Part shown: positions 1 through 10,144 of the stretch, in pieces | How positions within the stretch are numbered: position 1 is the first letter of the stretch | How the letters are laid out: each line of letters starts with the position of its first letter | From: a virus | Lineage: Duplodnaviria; Caudoviricetes | Length of the DNA: 64,000 nt | Reading direction: 5' to 3' (one strand) | Virus record (IMG/VR): IMGVR_UViG_2799112248_000007 | Span: 1-64,000 of that record | Translations under genes and position numbers: made by a program | The notes under the pieces: generated by a model | What the model saw: the letters and a program-made list of their open reading frames with translations, nothing else | Databases searched by the model: none | What the model was told of the DNA's origin: nothing

Positions 1-960
1 TTATATAGCAATGTCGTAAGAGAATCTACCATTATGTTTGTAATCTTGAACCTTAATATCATTCATTGTGAAGTCATAGAAGCTTTTTACTTCAGGGTTA
101 ATCCAAATTGTAGGAGGCTCATGTAACTCTCCCTTAATCTGTTTCTCGATAGTCTCTAAGTGCCTGTCATAGATATGTGCGTTATCAATGTTGATACACA
201 ACTCACCAACTTCATGACCTGTCACCTGTGCGATTAATCGGTGCAAAATTGAGTATTGATAGATGTTATAAGGGTTACCTAATGCCATATCATTAGAACG
301 GATATTTACAGTAAGTGCCAACTTACCATCAAACAGTTGCCAATGTGTTTCATACACACATGGTTGTAAAGCCATTTCTTGTAAGTCTTCTACACTCCAC
401 AGAGTAGTTTTAATTCTACGTGAGTGAGGGTTCTTTTTAAGTATGTACAATAAGTAATCCACTTGATTTAAGTCAACATACTCTATGTATTCCTCACAGT
501 AAGCCACAGCGTTCTCTAATTCTTCATCCGTAAGAACTACATCAGGCTTCTCAGATAGCTCTCCATTTCGAACCATCTCTAGGAATGTTCTGTCAGCTAT
601 AATTCGCTGGTATTTGTTTCGAAGTTGCCAACCGTAAGCATTTCCGATTGTTCCATCTTTAAGCTCCCATTCATCCCAAACGTGACAACCCATTTGCTGT
701 AGGTCAAAGACTTCGTTAGACATTTTCTGCCAAATCCAAAATAGTTCTTTAATTGGGTCTTTCAATGGCACTCGCTTTGTTGTTAACACAATAGCACCTA
801 TACTATTGTCAAACTTCATCTGTACATTGATAATCGCTTTTGTCGGTGCTTTCTCTCCATCTTCATAGACAGTTCGTACATGCTCAGGACTATCCATAAT
901 ACCATTATCAAGAATCTGTTGAATAATAGTGTTGTATTGCTTATCTGCTGTTTGGTACAT
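1..960 (-). CDS. thyA: Thymidylate synthase
   Basis: Motifs VWDEW, PHSRRI, MALQPC (catalytic Cys), RSNDMALGNPYN (Asn typical of dUMP specificity), HIYDRH. Confidence 0.95.
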   Translation of the reverse strand: MYQTADKQYNTIIQQILDNGIMDSPEHVRTVYEDGEKAPTKAIINVQMKFDNSIGAIVLTTKRVPLKDPIKELFWIWQKMSNEVFDLQQMGCHVWDEWELKDGTIGNAYGWQLRNKYQRIIADRTFLEMVRNGELSEKPDVVLTDEELENAVAYCEEYIEYVDLNQVDYLLYILKKNPHSRRIKTTLWSVEDLQEMALQPCVYETHWQLFDGKLALTVNIRSNDMALGNPYNIYQYSILHRLIAQVTGHEVGELCINIDNAHIYDRHLETIEKQIKGELHEPPTIWINPEVKSFYDFTMNDIKVQDYKHNGRFSYDIAI

Positions 961-1607
961 TAATAATCTCTATTCTTCAAAAATTTTCTCAAGCGATTTT
1001 TTACTCGAATAGCTTTCTGAGTTTTTAATCGTTGACTTATTGCGTTAGGGTGCTTGCCAAAATGTTTGGCAATCTCCCTCATTGTTTTCTCTTTTGTTCT
1101 AGCAATAAGAATATATAACAATTCATCATCTATATCTTTATCTGCTTTTAAGAACTCAATAACCTGCTGCTGAAGCAAGTTACCTTCTGCAGTTTCGCTA
1201 GTATTTTCATTTGCTTCTATTGTGTTGAGGAAAATTACCGCTTCTTCTTCATTGCCATTCATATTAAGTGGTGTATCAACACTCACAACATTAGCTAAAT
1301 CATATGATTGAGTATTAACTGTGCGTAGTGATTCTTTCTTTGCATTGGTAGAAATAGACCATGATATACAATTGATTGCATACGTTCGAAATGAACTTTT
1401 TCTAATAGGCTCAAAAGTTCTGATTGCATTTAGTAGCCCTATGTTTCCTAGTTGAACTAAATCATCTAGGTCAAGCATATGAGCTGTACAAAAGTATTGA
1501 TTATTAGGAAACTTTCTTCTAACTGTAGTAATAACTAGTCTTCGATTTAATAGAAAAACCTCTTCTTCTGTTAGGCCTTCCCACTCTGTATTAGAGAAAT
1601 TTTGCAT
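960..1607 (-). CDS. Phage sigma-70 family factor (SigF/SigG-like)
   Basis: Region 2 DDLVQLGNIGLLNAIRTFE..FRTYAINCI; region 4 HTH TMREIAKHFGKHPNAISQRL. Confidence 0.88.
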   Translation of the reverse strand: MQNFSNTEWEGLTEEEVFLLNRRLVITTVRRKFPNNQYFCTAHMLDLDDLVQLGNIGLLNAIRTFEPIRKSSFRTYAINCISWSISTNAKKESLRTVNTQSYDLANVVSVDTPLNMNGNEEEAVIFLNTIEANENTSETAEGNLLQQQVIEFLKADKDIDDELLYILIARTKEKTMREIAKHFGKHPNAISQRLKTQKAIRVKNRLRKFLKNRDY

Positions 1608-1653
1608 ATCGTTTACCTCTTAGAGAAGTTGCAGGGTACCCCCTGCTAATACA

Positions 1654-2382
1654 TTAAGCTTGAGCTTGACGTAAAACTTCTTCTTTCAATTTTTGCTCAG
1701 GTGGGAAGAACTCAGGTGATTTAAGGACTTTCCCATCCTCGCGATATTTAGGGTGCTTTTTACCATTTTCGTCAGTGAACAACTTGCTCATGTTAGAAGC
1801 ATGGACAATTTCGAATAGTTGTTGTGGCAGTACACCTAATTCCACAAACGAGCCTTTAAGGAAGTAGTCTAAGTCTATTAGAGCGTCTGCCATTGCGACA
1901 ATACGCTCAGTATTATCTTGGATGAATTCAGTTGCTAGTGACTTCTTGTATGCTTCAGCTAGACCTTCTAGGAAAGCATAATAAAGTTTAGCGAACTGTT
2001 CTTTGTCTTTTGAGCAGGCGTGTAGGAACTCAACTAATTCCTCACCTGCCCAAATTGTGCGTTTTAAACCTCTTTCTGCTCCAATTGCTGTTGGGCTCTC
2101 AGCAACAGGATGATTAAAAGCACTTTGGAACTCTTTTACGAGTGTAAAATGGCGATTTTTGTCAACCTCTTTATGAGGATGTTTCTCCAACACGATTAAG
2201 TCATACAGCTTGGATTCAACAAGCTCTGTTGTACGTTGTTGAAGCTCTTTATTTGTATCAACAATGACTTCAATTTTTGCTGTTTTATTTTGGAAGTTGA
2301 TATAAGATACTCGCCCTTCAAATTTTTGCTTACGGTCAAAGACAATATCTTTTACCTGTGGTTTTACAAATTGCTTTTGCAT
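1654..2382 (-). CDS. All-alpha NTP pyrophosphatase (MazG/PRA-PH-like, probable dUTPase) with an extra N-terminal domain
   Basis: VKEFQSAFNHP, EELVEF, MADALIDLDY, VHASNMSK, REDGKVLK; located next to thyA and nrd genes. Confidence 0.8.
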   Translation of the reverse strand: MQKQFVKPQVKDIVFDRKQKFEGRVSYINFQNKTAKIEVIVDTNKELQQRTTELVESKLYDLIVLEKHPHKEVDKNRHFTLVKEFQSAFNHPVAESPTAIGAERGLKRTIWAGEELVEFLHACSKDKEQFAKLYYAFLEGLAEAYKKSLATEFIQDNTERIVAMADALIDLDYFLKGSFVELGVLPQQLFEIVHASNMSKLFTDENGKKHPKYREDGKVLKSPEFFPPEQKLKEEVLRQAQA

Positions 2383-2532
2383 AGATTATTCTGTATCTCC
2401 TTTGATAAGTTGTTTTATTTTATCTTGAAGCTTTTTGTTGGCTTCGAGCTCTGCATTATTGTTATCAGCGTTTCATCGAATGCCAATAATATTTTTTACT
2501 TAATGTTATTATGTTATTTTTGATAGCGCCAA

Positions 2533-3543
2533 TTAAATATTGTACCCTTTTAAGTTGAATGTTTCGTCAGTGATAGGTGCAACATTAGCCATTGTATAAC
2601 TATTGCCCTTTTGCGAGAAGAAATCATGTGTCACTGAATCAGTACGAATACCGTTCATAACAATTGGGTCTACTTCTTCGTCAGGGAACATAGTATCTAA
2701 GCCTAAGTTCATTAGAGCTTTGTTTGCGTTGTAGCGTACATAAGCCTTAACCTTACCACCTACCCCTGTTTCAGCATACACATCATCTGTGTACTTTAAC
2801 TCATTCATATAAAGGTCTGCTAAAAGCTCATAGCCCCAAATCTTTAATTCATCCTGAGTTGCTTTATCAAACGTCTTAAACATTTCCTGAGCTTCGTAAC
2901 CTACTGCAACCCCATGAATTGATTCATCACGAACGATTAATGAGATAACCTCAGCACTATTTTTGAGTATTCCATGCCCCCCTAAATAAAGTGGATAGAA
3001 GAATCCTGAGTAAAACAGGAATGATTCTAACATCACAGAAGAAAAATGCGCTTTCCATAGTGAAACATCATCATCTTCTTTAATAGCTGAGTAAATTGCT
3101 TCAATCTTATTTGCTTTATATTGAAGATACGGATTGTTCTTAACCCATTCGAATACTTCATCAATCTGAGAGTTCGTTGCAAGTGTTGTAAAGATATAGC
3201 TGTATGATTTAGCATGAATTGCTTCGAACGCACCAAACAATGAGTACAATGCTTTCTGCTGTAGGTTTTTAACAAAGCGTGAAAGCTCATTCATACCTAC
3301 GTTAGTTTGAATTGTATCTAATAAAGTAAGCCCTGCTAAAACTCGCATATAGGTTACCTGAAACTCAAATTGCTTCCAAGCTAAAAGGTCTTTAGATACA
3401 GCTACTTCCTCAGGCAACCAAAACTGCTTGACCTGTTGTTTCCAAAAGACTTCATGTAAGCCTATTTGTTTATTCCAATTGACAGCTTCAAAGACTTTTT
3501 CAAATCTCTTTTGTATATACGCTCTTTCTGATAATACTTTCAT
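2533..3543 (-). CDS. nrdF: Class Ib ribonucleotide reductase beta subunit
   Basis: FWLPEEV, EAIHAKSY, LESFLFYSGF, RDESIHG, HDFFSQKGNSY. Confidence 0.97.
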   Translation of the reverse strand: MKVLSERAYIQKRFEKVFEAVNWNKQIGLHEVFWKQQVKQFWLPEEVAVSKDLLAWKQFEFQVTYMRVLAGLTLLDTIQTNVGMNELSRFVKNLQQKALYSLFGAFEAIHAKSYSYIFTTLATNSQIDEVFEWVKNNPYLQYKANKIEAIYSAIKEDDDVSLWKAHFSSVMLESFLFYSGFFYPLYLGGHGILKNSAEVISLIVRDESIHGVAVGYEAQEMFKTFDKATQDELKIWGYELLADLYMNELKYTDDVYAETGVGGKVKAYVRYNANKALMNLGLDTMFPDEEVDPIVMNGIRTDSVTHDFFSQKGNSYTMANVAPITDETFNLKGYNI

Positions 3544-3562
3544 TTATCTATAACACCTTCTT

Positions 3563-5656
3563 TTATACTGAACAACTTTCACATTCTTCAATTGTTTGCA
3601 TACGTTGTCTCACGTAGTAGACTGATTTAATCCCTTTTAGCCATGCGTAAATATACACCTTAGCTAACTGCTCTGTTGTCCAATTATCTTTAATGTACAA
3701 TGTCATTGAAATAGCTTGATCAACGTGTTTCTGAGCGATTGCGTAGGAATCAATCATCTTAAACATGTCCATATCGTATGCTTCAACATAAAGATGTTTG
3801 TTGTTATTATCAAGGTAAGGCATGGGGTAAATTGTTCTCGAATCAGCGTAGTCTCGCACTTCTACACGCTCTGTGATTGGTGACATTGAAGCACTTGAGC
3901 TTCTAATGTAACTAATTGAACCTGTAGGTGCAATTGCCAATCTGTATGCATGGAACATACCATGCTCTTTAACTTCTTGAGCTAATTTTTTCCACATGGC
4001 AATAGTAATGATTGGAACATTGCCTAGCGCCTGTTTAGCTTTTTCAGAAGTAATTACTAGTTCTTTTCTATAGTAATGCTCGAAGTATTCCCCACTTGCG
4101 TACTCAGAATCTTCGAAACGATAGAAGGTCTTCTTACGTTCCTTTGCAATCTCTACAGAAGCCTTAATAGAGTAGTAGTTTAATGCTGTGAAGAAAGCGT
4201 CAATGAACTCGTTGGCTTCCTCGCTTCCATACATGATACCCTGAGAAACAAAGTGACCATGAAGGTTCATAACACCTAATCCTACTGAGTGCATTTCTTG
4301 GTTAGCACGAGCAACCGCAGGCACATTGTTAATGTTAGTTAATAGAGAAACTTGTGTAAGCATCCGCATTGAAGCGTTAACTAACTTATTAAAGTCTTCT
4401 TCTTTAACTGCATTGTGAATATCAAGTGAACCTAAGTTACAACTTACATCAAGACCAATAATATCTACTTCATCATAATCATTGATTTCAGAGGTTTCCA
4501 TTAATTGCATGATTTCTGTACATAAGTTAGTGATTTTCACTCGCCCAATATTTTTCAATGGGTGTGCTTTGTTGACATTATCATCAAACATTTCGAATGG
4601 ATAACCACTCTCAATTTGAGATTTCTTAATGTCAGTGTATAACTTACGTGCATTAATGCGTTTCAGTTTTCGAATGTTAGGGTTATCAAGTAACTCGTAG
4701 TACATGTCAGTAATCGAAATTTCAGACATAGTTTGACCATACTCATTCTTAATATCATAAGGAGAGAATAGAACAATATCCTTATCCTGACGAGCTAACT
4801 CGAAGAAAATATCAGGGAAAATGATACCTGTACTTAAAGTAGCAAGGCGAATCTTTTCATCTGCATTTGGTTTCTTAGCTGAGATAAAGTCCTCAATATC
4901 ACCATGAAACACATTGAGCCAAATAACGCCTGAACCTGCTCGTTGACCTAATTGATTCGCATATGAGAATGAGTTCTCTAGCAACTTAGCAACAGGTATA
5001 ACACCTGACGCTCGGTTCGCAATGCCTTTGATTGGGTCCTTTGCACAACGTAAATCAGTTAGTGAAATACCAACCCCCCCACCTAGCTTCGATAGCTGTA
5101 GAGCATTTCCGATATTGTGAGCGATTGAGTTCATGTTGTCTGCCATAGCAATCTTGAAACATGACACAAACTCACCGCGAGCTTTCTTACCAACATTAAT
5201 GAAAGTTGGTGTTGCAGGTTGGTAACTACGCATTAAGTAATGAATCCAATCCTCAGCGTCTTTACGCTTACCTTGAGCTAGATATAAAGCAACTATAGCC
5301 ATTCTATCTTCATACCGCTCTAAGTAGCTGTTTCCATCACGAGTTTTTAGTGCATATGAGCTGTAGAACTTACTAGCACTCATAAACGTTGGGAATCTAA
5401 ACTTGTAATCATAAGCCAGTTTGAAGATTTTCTTGACAAACTTAAATGAATATTTGTCTAAGAATTCCGTTTCATAATAATTCTCACGCTTTATGTAGTT
5501 AATCTTTTCTTCAAGCGTATGGAAGAACATTGTTTTACGATTAATTTCTTCAAAGAAGAAGTCACTTGTAGCTTTTCTATCCTTCTCTCGGTCAATAATA
5601 CCCAACGTTTTGTAAGTATTAAGAACCTCATTGTTTAACATTAAATAATTTTTCAA
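3563..5656 (-). CDS. nrdE: Class Ib ribonucleotide reductase alpha subunit
   Basis: PATPTF, VSCF, TNLCTEI, SCNLGS, APTGSISY, C-terminal CESC; no intein or intron evident. Confidence 0.97.
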   Translation of the reverse strand: MKNYLMLNNEVLNTYKTLGIIDREKDRKATSDFFFEEINRKTMFFHTLEEKINYIKRENYYETEFLDKYSFKFVKKIFKLAYDYKFRFPTFMSASKFYSSYALKTRDGNSYLERYEDRMAIVALYLAQGKRKDAEDWIHYLMRSYQPATPTFINVGKKARGEFVSCFKIAMADNMNSIAHNIGNALQLSKLGGGVGISLTDLRCAKDPIKGIANRASGVIPVAKLLENSFSYANQLGQRAGSGVIWLNVFHGDIEDFISAKKPNADEKIRLATLSTGIIFPDIFFELARQDKDIVLFSPYDIKNEYGQTMSEISITDMYYELLDNPNIRKLKRINARKLYTDIKKSQIESGYPFEMFDDNVNKAHPLKNIGRVKITNLCTEIMQLMETSEINDYDEVDIIGLDVSCNLGSLDIHNAVKEEDFNKLVNASMRMLTQVSLLTNINNVPAVARANQEMHSVGLGVMNLHGHFVSQGIMYGSEEANEFIDAFFTALNYYSIKASVEIAKERKKTFYRFEDSEYASGEYFEHYYRKELVITSEKAKQALGNVPIITIAMWKKLAQEVKEHGMFHAYRLAIAPTGSISYIRSSSASMSPITERVEVRDYADSRTIYPMPYLDNNNKHLYVEAYDMDMFKMIDSYAIAQKHVDQAISMTLYIKDNWTTEQLAKVYIYAWLKGIKSVYYVRQRMQTIEECESCSV

Positions 5657-6036
5657 ACTTGTTCACCTGCAATCATTTTTCTATAGCTACTGCTAATAGT
5701 TGCTATATCATCCTGATTACCTCGCAGATCAATCATGCGTATTATTGGAACTCTTAACCACTGAGAGATCTCAATAGCAGAGCCACAAAAATTCCGCTTT
5801 CCAAAATTTGTGTTACCACTTGCGATTACACCTCTAAGATTTTCTCTATTTTCTTCATGTGAAGATAGAAATTGTCTTACTACCTCAGGCGCTTCCCCTA
5901 GCTTATCTGTGTAAGTTAGCAAGTAATAGGGGTCTTGAACAATAGAATGAGCTGTAATCTCCCTTACAGGAATAGACTTATCTAGTCTTCCTACAATATC
6001 TCTCACGTTACCTGTTCTACTAGCGTAGGCTATCAT
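5653..6036 (-). CDS. nrdI: RNR flavodoxin NrdI
   Basis: YASRTGNV, GVIASGNTNFG; position in operon. Confidence 0.93.
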   Translation of the reverse strand: MIAYASRTGNVRDIVGRLDKSIPVREITAHSIVQDPYYLLTYTDKLGEAPEVVRQFLSSHEENRENLRGVIASGNTNFGKRNFCGSAIEISQWLRVPIIRMIDLRGNQDDIATISSSYRKMIAGEQV

Positions 6037-6257
6037 GCCTTTTGAGCAATGAGGGCCTGAATTGAAGGAACGTCAGCATAATATTGACCTTCATCAAGTG
6101 CTATAGGGAGGCCCATGAATCCTTTTTCTTTTAGCTCCGCTTCTGCTTTTTCATCAAAGTCTAAGTTGACTTGTTCGTATGCCACCTCTGCTGAATCAAG
6201 AAGTGTTTTGATTAAAGTACACTTTGGGCATACTGTACGTGTATAAAGAATAATCAC
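6033..6257 (-). CDS. nrdH: NrdH-like glutaredoxin
   Basis: LYTRTVCPKC, GFMGLP; directly upstream of nrdI. Confidence 0.88.
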   Translation of the reverse strand: MIILYTRTVCPKCTLIKTLLDSAEVAYEQVNLDFDEKAEAELKEKGFMGLPIALDEGQYYADVPSIQALIAQKA

Positions 6258-6298
6258 GTTAAAAACATCCCCCTTTTAAATACACCATTATATAACTT

Positions 6299-6709
6299 TT
6301 AACAGTTGAATGTAAAAGTTGTTGATCCTAATGTTCGTTTACTTTGAGTTGTAGCTTCTTTTAATGCTTTTTCGATTGCTGTTGCAACCTCTTTATCAAT
6401 TTTATCTACAACTTTATGGTTCATTTCTTGCATTTTGCGATAACCTAAGATCGCGTACCCTGCTAGATCTAATAAAGTATCTTCGATAGCTTCATCTGAC
6501 ACTTGGCGAGTTTTACTTTCTTTGATTAGATTTTTGAATCGACTGAGTTTATCATCTAAACGAATAGCTAATGAAGATAATCCCCATTCGTCAATGTTTT
6601 TGTCAACATTGTTGCCATAATCAGCATTCTTACTTTTTAGTGTTTCCACTAATTTAGTCGTAATAATTTCAACTTCTGTTGCGAACCTTTGAGCGTTATA
6701 GTTTGTCAT
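6299..6709 (-). CDS. Nucleotide-modification-associated (DUF1599-like) protein
   Basis: KNADYG, IRLDDKLSR, IEDTLLDLAGYAIL. Confidence 0.75.
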   Translation of the reverse strand: MTNYNAQRFATEVEIITTKLVETLKSKNADYGNNVDKNIDEWGLSSLAIRLDDKLSRFKNLIKESKTRQVSDEAIEDTLLDLAGYAILGYRKMQEMNHKVVDKIDKEVATAIEKALKEATTQSKRTLGSTTFTFNC

Positions 6710-6787
6710 GTTTTTTCTAACCTCCTCTAAATTAAATTAACAACAATAAATATAATTATATTGCTTTTAATAAGTTTTTTAAAATAC

Positions 6788-6925
6788 TCAATCATATTTT
6801 TCTAGTAAACCCATCACCCACCAATTTACAAATGTCTCGAAAGTAACACCATGCCTATCAAGAATCTCATTCTCAACAAACATATCACCTAACCAATCCA
6901 GTGTTTCTTCAGTTAGTTTAGCCAT
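6788..6925 (-). CDS. Small phage protein (45 aa, MAKLTEETLDWLGDMFVENEILDRHGVTFETFVNWWVMGLLEKYD), not in the ORF track
   Basis: Hand-translated open frame with GAGGTG RBS. Confidence 0.6.
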   Translation of the reverse strand: MAKLTEETLDWLGDMFVENEILDRHGVTFETFVNWWVMGLLEKYD

Positions 6926-7283
6926 AATATTTCACCTCGAAAGAATCAGAGTATTTACCTAGTAGCCTGTCATAAAACCTCTTCCTAACTCTCTTTTGAG
7001 GAAGAAGCAGAATCACGCTCTAGTTGTGCTAAGTGTTTGCTCCTTCTATCAAGGATTCAGTTAATCATAACTTGCTCTTGATCGTAATTTAACATAACAT
7101 TATGCACCTTTTGTATAAACTTGATTAACCTTTACTAATCTTTCACTTCGATATTTTAATATGAAGTGATATGCCATAAATGCTTTGAAAATATGATTGC
7201 TTCCTTGATGTTAAGGAGATTCTACTCTCCATTAGTTACTTATCTATGTCAACAGCTTTAACTGTGGTTCTTGATTTAATAAC

Positions 7284-7613
7284 TTATTTCAGTGTTTTTC
7301 TGTGAAGAACTACATTAGCTTCTCCTAAAATTGTAGATAGCTTTTCCACAACATCTTTGTGACCATTTTTGTAAAGAGCATGGACCAAAGAACTATAAGC
7401 ATCTTTTAGCTCTTTTTTCTCAAAGCCTTTGTATCGGTACAGATTAACCCCATTTTGAAGTGGTGTTTTTTCAATAATATGACCTTCCTCATAAAGCTCT
7501 GATAACCTTGCCCTAAAACTAGGTGATAATTTAATCAATTCAGTGTTTGTTAAACCGCTTGGTGTGTTTTGTAGTGCTTCAAGCACTTTTTGTCTAGCTG
7601 TTGTTCTAGTCAT
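7284..7613 (-). CDS. Winged-HTH DNA-binding protein
   Basis: KVLEAL..GLTNTEL..FRARLSELYEEGHII pattern; AGGAG RBS. Confidence 0.65.
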   Translation of the reverse strand: MTRTTARQKVLEALQNTPSGLTNTELIKLSPSFRARLSELYEEGHIIEKTPLQNGVNLYRYKGFEKKELKDAYSSLVHALYKNGHKDVVEKLSTILGEANVVLHRKTLK

Positions 7614-7995
7614 TTCTTATGCTCCTAACCAACCCTATTTGTATTCTCCCAATATTACTGATATTTATGGCTATTAAGATAGACCATGCTATAAGAGTTG
7701 CAACAAATCTTAACAAAGCCTCAAACTGCTTATATTGCCAATGCTTTAGTAGCACCTGATTGGCGCATTTCAATTATCGACATAACTCTTGTCAACAGCT
7801 CCCATGAATTACAATTAATAACCTGCTACATAAAGCGCAAGTGCTTCACCTGAAACACACTAGTATTTAATAAGAATCATATTTTTGCAGCACTTCTCGA
7901 ATCTTATTCACATAGCATTATTATGACACCTTTACGAATTTATTTTAAGCTCTTCCTGTATTAAACAGTACAGCTCTCATTACATTTGGAAGTGC

Positions 7996-8115
7996 TTAAC
8001 CAAATTGACCCTTAGCAACCTTCGCTAATGTGTCCGCTTCTTCTTCCATTACATCGTCATTGAATGACCTTCCTAGTGCTTTATGAATTTCGTACATGTC
8101 TTCGTATTCTTCCAT
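7996..8115 (-). CDS. Small acidic protein (39 aa, MEEYEDMYEIHKALGRSFNDDVMEEEADTLAKVAKGQFG)
   Basis: Open frame with GGAGGT RBS; hand-translated. Confidence 0.45.
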   Translation of the reverse strand: MEEYEDMYEIHKALGRSFNDDVMEEEADTLAKVAKGQFG

Positions 8116-8765
8116 GAGTTTACCTCCAACATAACTAGGCATATATCATGCAGTTACCTACACATGGAAATAACAATCTCTTGTTCTCCATTGTGTAGCT
8201 TATTCATAACACCGAGGTAGATATATCACCTTCATATTATATCATTATATTGTTTTTCATCCATTTTATTAAACGTGAAACTCTGAATCTATTACGTTTC
8301 ATAGATTTCACCTCCTCCCAAAAATAATGTCTATCACTTTTGTTTACCCCATCTTTGGCTGAACTTTTCAACTTGTGACATTAATTCTGTACTTTGTTTT
8401 TCTTCTTGTGGGGTAAAAGGAATAATATTAGGGTGATTTTCCAAATCAATGACCTTTGCTAGTGGCTAGTGCTTCACAATTGCGTAAGAAGTACTTGTGA
8501 TTAGAAACCTTCTGAGATGTGCGTTGCATTTTTTTAATGGCTTCATTACACTCATTCATAAATTTGTAATTTTCTTTGATAAAGTTTTGAGCTTCTACTA
8601 AATTAATCAGCGATTATTTCAGTCTTCTTCCATTTTTTTAGCTAAGAAAAAGTTTTGCTCTAAAGTTTGCATTAAACCTAAAATTTCTTGGATTAAGTGA
8701 TTGCCATTGTTGCGGTTCGTTCTTTTCTTCAATTGTTTCATCCACCATATTATAACTAAACTATC

Positions 8766-8784
8766 ATATAATTATATTACTTTT
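8766..8784 (-). promoter_or_regulatory. 19-bp motif, exact copy
   Basis: ATATAATTATATTACTTTT on + strand, within decayed DNA. Confidence 0.75.
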
Positions 8785-8902
8785 AATGTATTAATTGAGC
8801 GAGAATTCTCATCTGTACAAATGTGTTTATTAATCACTATAATATATACATATTATCATGTTGCTTTTGTAAAGTAAATGTTTTTCCAAAATATTCTAAA
8901 GT

Positions 8903-9147
8903 TCAGTAGTAGCTAAGCTTAGTTTCATCATGACGAATCGCTTTAAATTGAAGGAACGATACAGCTGGTTAACCGTCAGCGTTTTGTAAATTTCGGAAAT
9001 ACCGTACTTCAACATTCTTTATTTTGTTGTTTCAAATCTGGTCCGTACTTTATCAGTAAATCCATTTACACCCAATGGATAGCCCTTTTAATCCACGCTA
9101 GTCAGTTCATCAATTAATTATTCAATAAGTTGCTCTTTATTCACCAT
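8903..9147 (-). pseudogene. Remnant of an ATP-dependent DNA ligase (start joined to the C-terminal OB domain)
   Basis: AAGGAG RBS + ATG, then stops and a frameshift; fragments VD*KGYPLGVNGFTDKVR and VEVRYF..NADG*PAVSFLQFKAIRHD resemble the ligase OB-domain motifs VGSGFTD and LRFPVF..IR.D. Confidence 0.55.
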
Positions 9148-9247
9148 AGTGTTTCTCCTTAAATAAAAATAGGTATAGAGGAAAATTTCAACCATAACTC
9201 CATATCCGAATTTTATTATTATATTACTTTTATGTTTTTTTTTGAAA

Positions 9248-10027
9248 CTATTTGCCGTTTCTTATCACTTTAACGTAAACAGTATGTCTACCTAAATTAT
9301 AAGCTGTTTGTTTGTCAGCTACAAGAATATCAACCTTGTGACCTTTGATTGCTCCACCAGTGTCCAAAGCAATTGCTCTAAATTTCTCGTAAGGTGTTGA
9401 AACCTCTACGATAGAGTACAAAGGAATAACACGAGGATCTACAGCAATTACTCGCATACCATCAACATAAATCGAACTACGAACATCATAGCCTGTTGCT
9501 GTAACACCTGAGCAACCGTTACAATATGGAGTGTAGTAGCTACCATTGAACGCTACACCATTAGTTGCTAGAGCTTGTTTTTGGGGTTGCGCATTTGTTT
9601 GTTGTTTTTGGTATTCTAATTGCTTTTGCCTCGCTATTTCTTTTTGTTGCTGTAGCATTGATTGACGCTTGCATTCAGCTTCCTCACGTGCTTTACGCTC
9701 TGCTTCTTCTTTGGCTTTGCGTTCTGCTTCAATCTTTGATAAACGAGCTTCTTCTGCTAATCTTGCTTTTTCATGCTCGATTCGCACTCTTTCTTCTCGT
9801 TCATATTGGAGTTTTTCGCCCTCAGCTTTGATTTCTTTTGCTGACTGTTCAGGTGATTTAAACGTTGGAACTAAAGCACTTGAAGGTAGCTCAATTTGTG
9901 TTTCTCCTTTTGTTATATTCGGTGCTTCTATTTCATTGCATGTTACATAAGAAACTAATGAAATAAAAACTAACCCTCCTGTCACTAGAGTTGATAACAT
10001 TACTTTTGATACCTTAGTGTTTTTCAT
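9248..10027 (-). CDS. Membrane-anchored 3D-domain cell-wall hydrolase (YorM-like)
   Basis: N-terminal hydrophobic anchor, coiled coil, IAVDPRVIPL..ALDTGGAIKGHKVDIL. Confidence 0.88.
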   Translation of the reverse strand: MKNTKVSKVMLSTLVTGGLVFISLVSYVTCNEIEAPNITKGETQIELPSSALVPTFKSPEQSAKEIKAEGEKLQYEREERVRIEHEKARLAEEARLSKIEAERKAKEEAERKAREEAECKRQSMLQQQKEIARQKQLEYQKQQTNAQPQKQALATNGVAFNGSYYTPYCNGCSGVTATGYDVRSSIYVDGMRVIAVDPRVIPLYSIVEVSTPYEKFRAIALDTGGAIKGHKVDILVADKQTAYNLGRHTVYVKVIRNGK

Positions 10028-10144
10028 TAAACTTGTCGCTAAATTCTACGAAATCTTACTTTGTCACATTTGAAACATAGACATATGTCCTGAATTTCAT
10101 TTATAGAATATAACTTCCTTCCTTCCTTTAGTAAGAATAGGAGC

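Noticed and set aside
1-6709. Hypermodified-base pathway (ThyA-like plus DUF1599)
   Set aside because: ThyA has the dUMP-type Asn motif, and no glycosyltransferase, kinase or other modification genes are visible in the window
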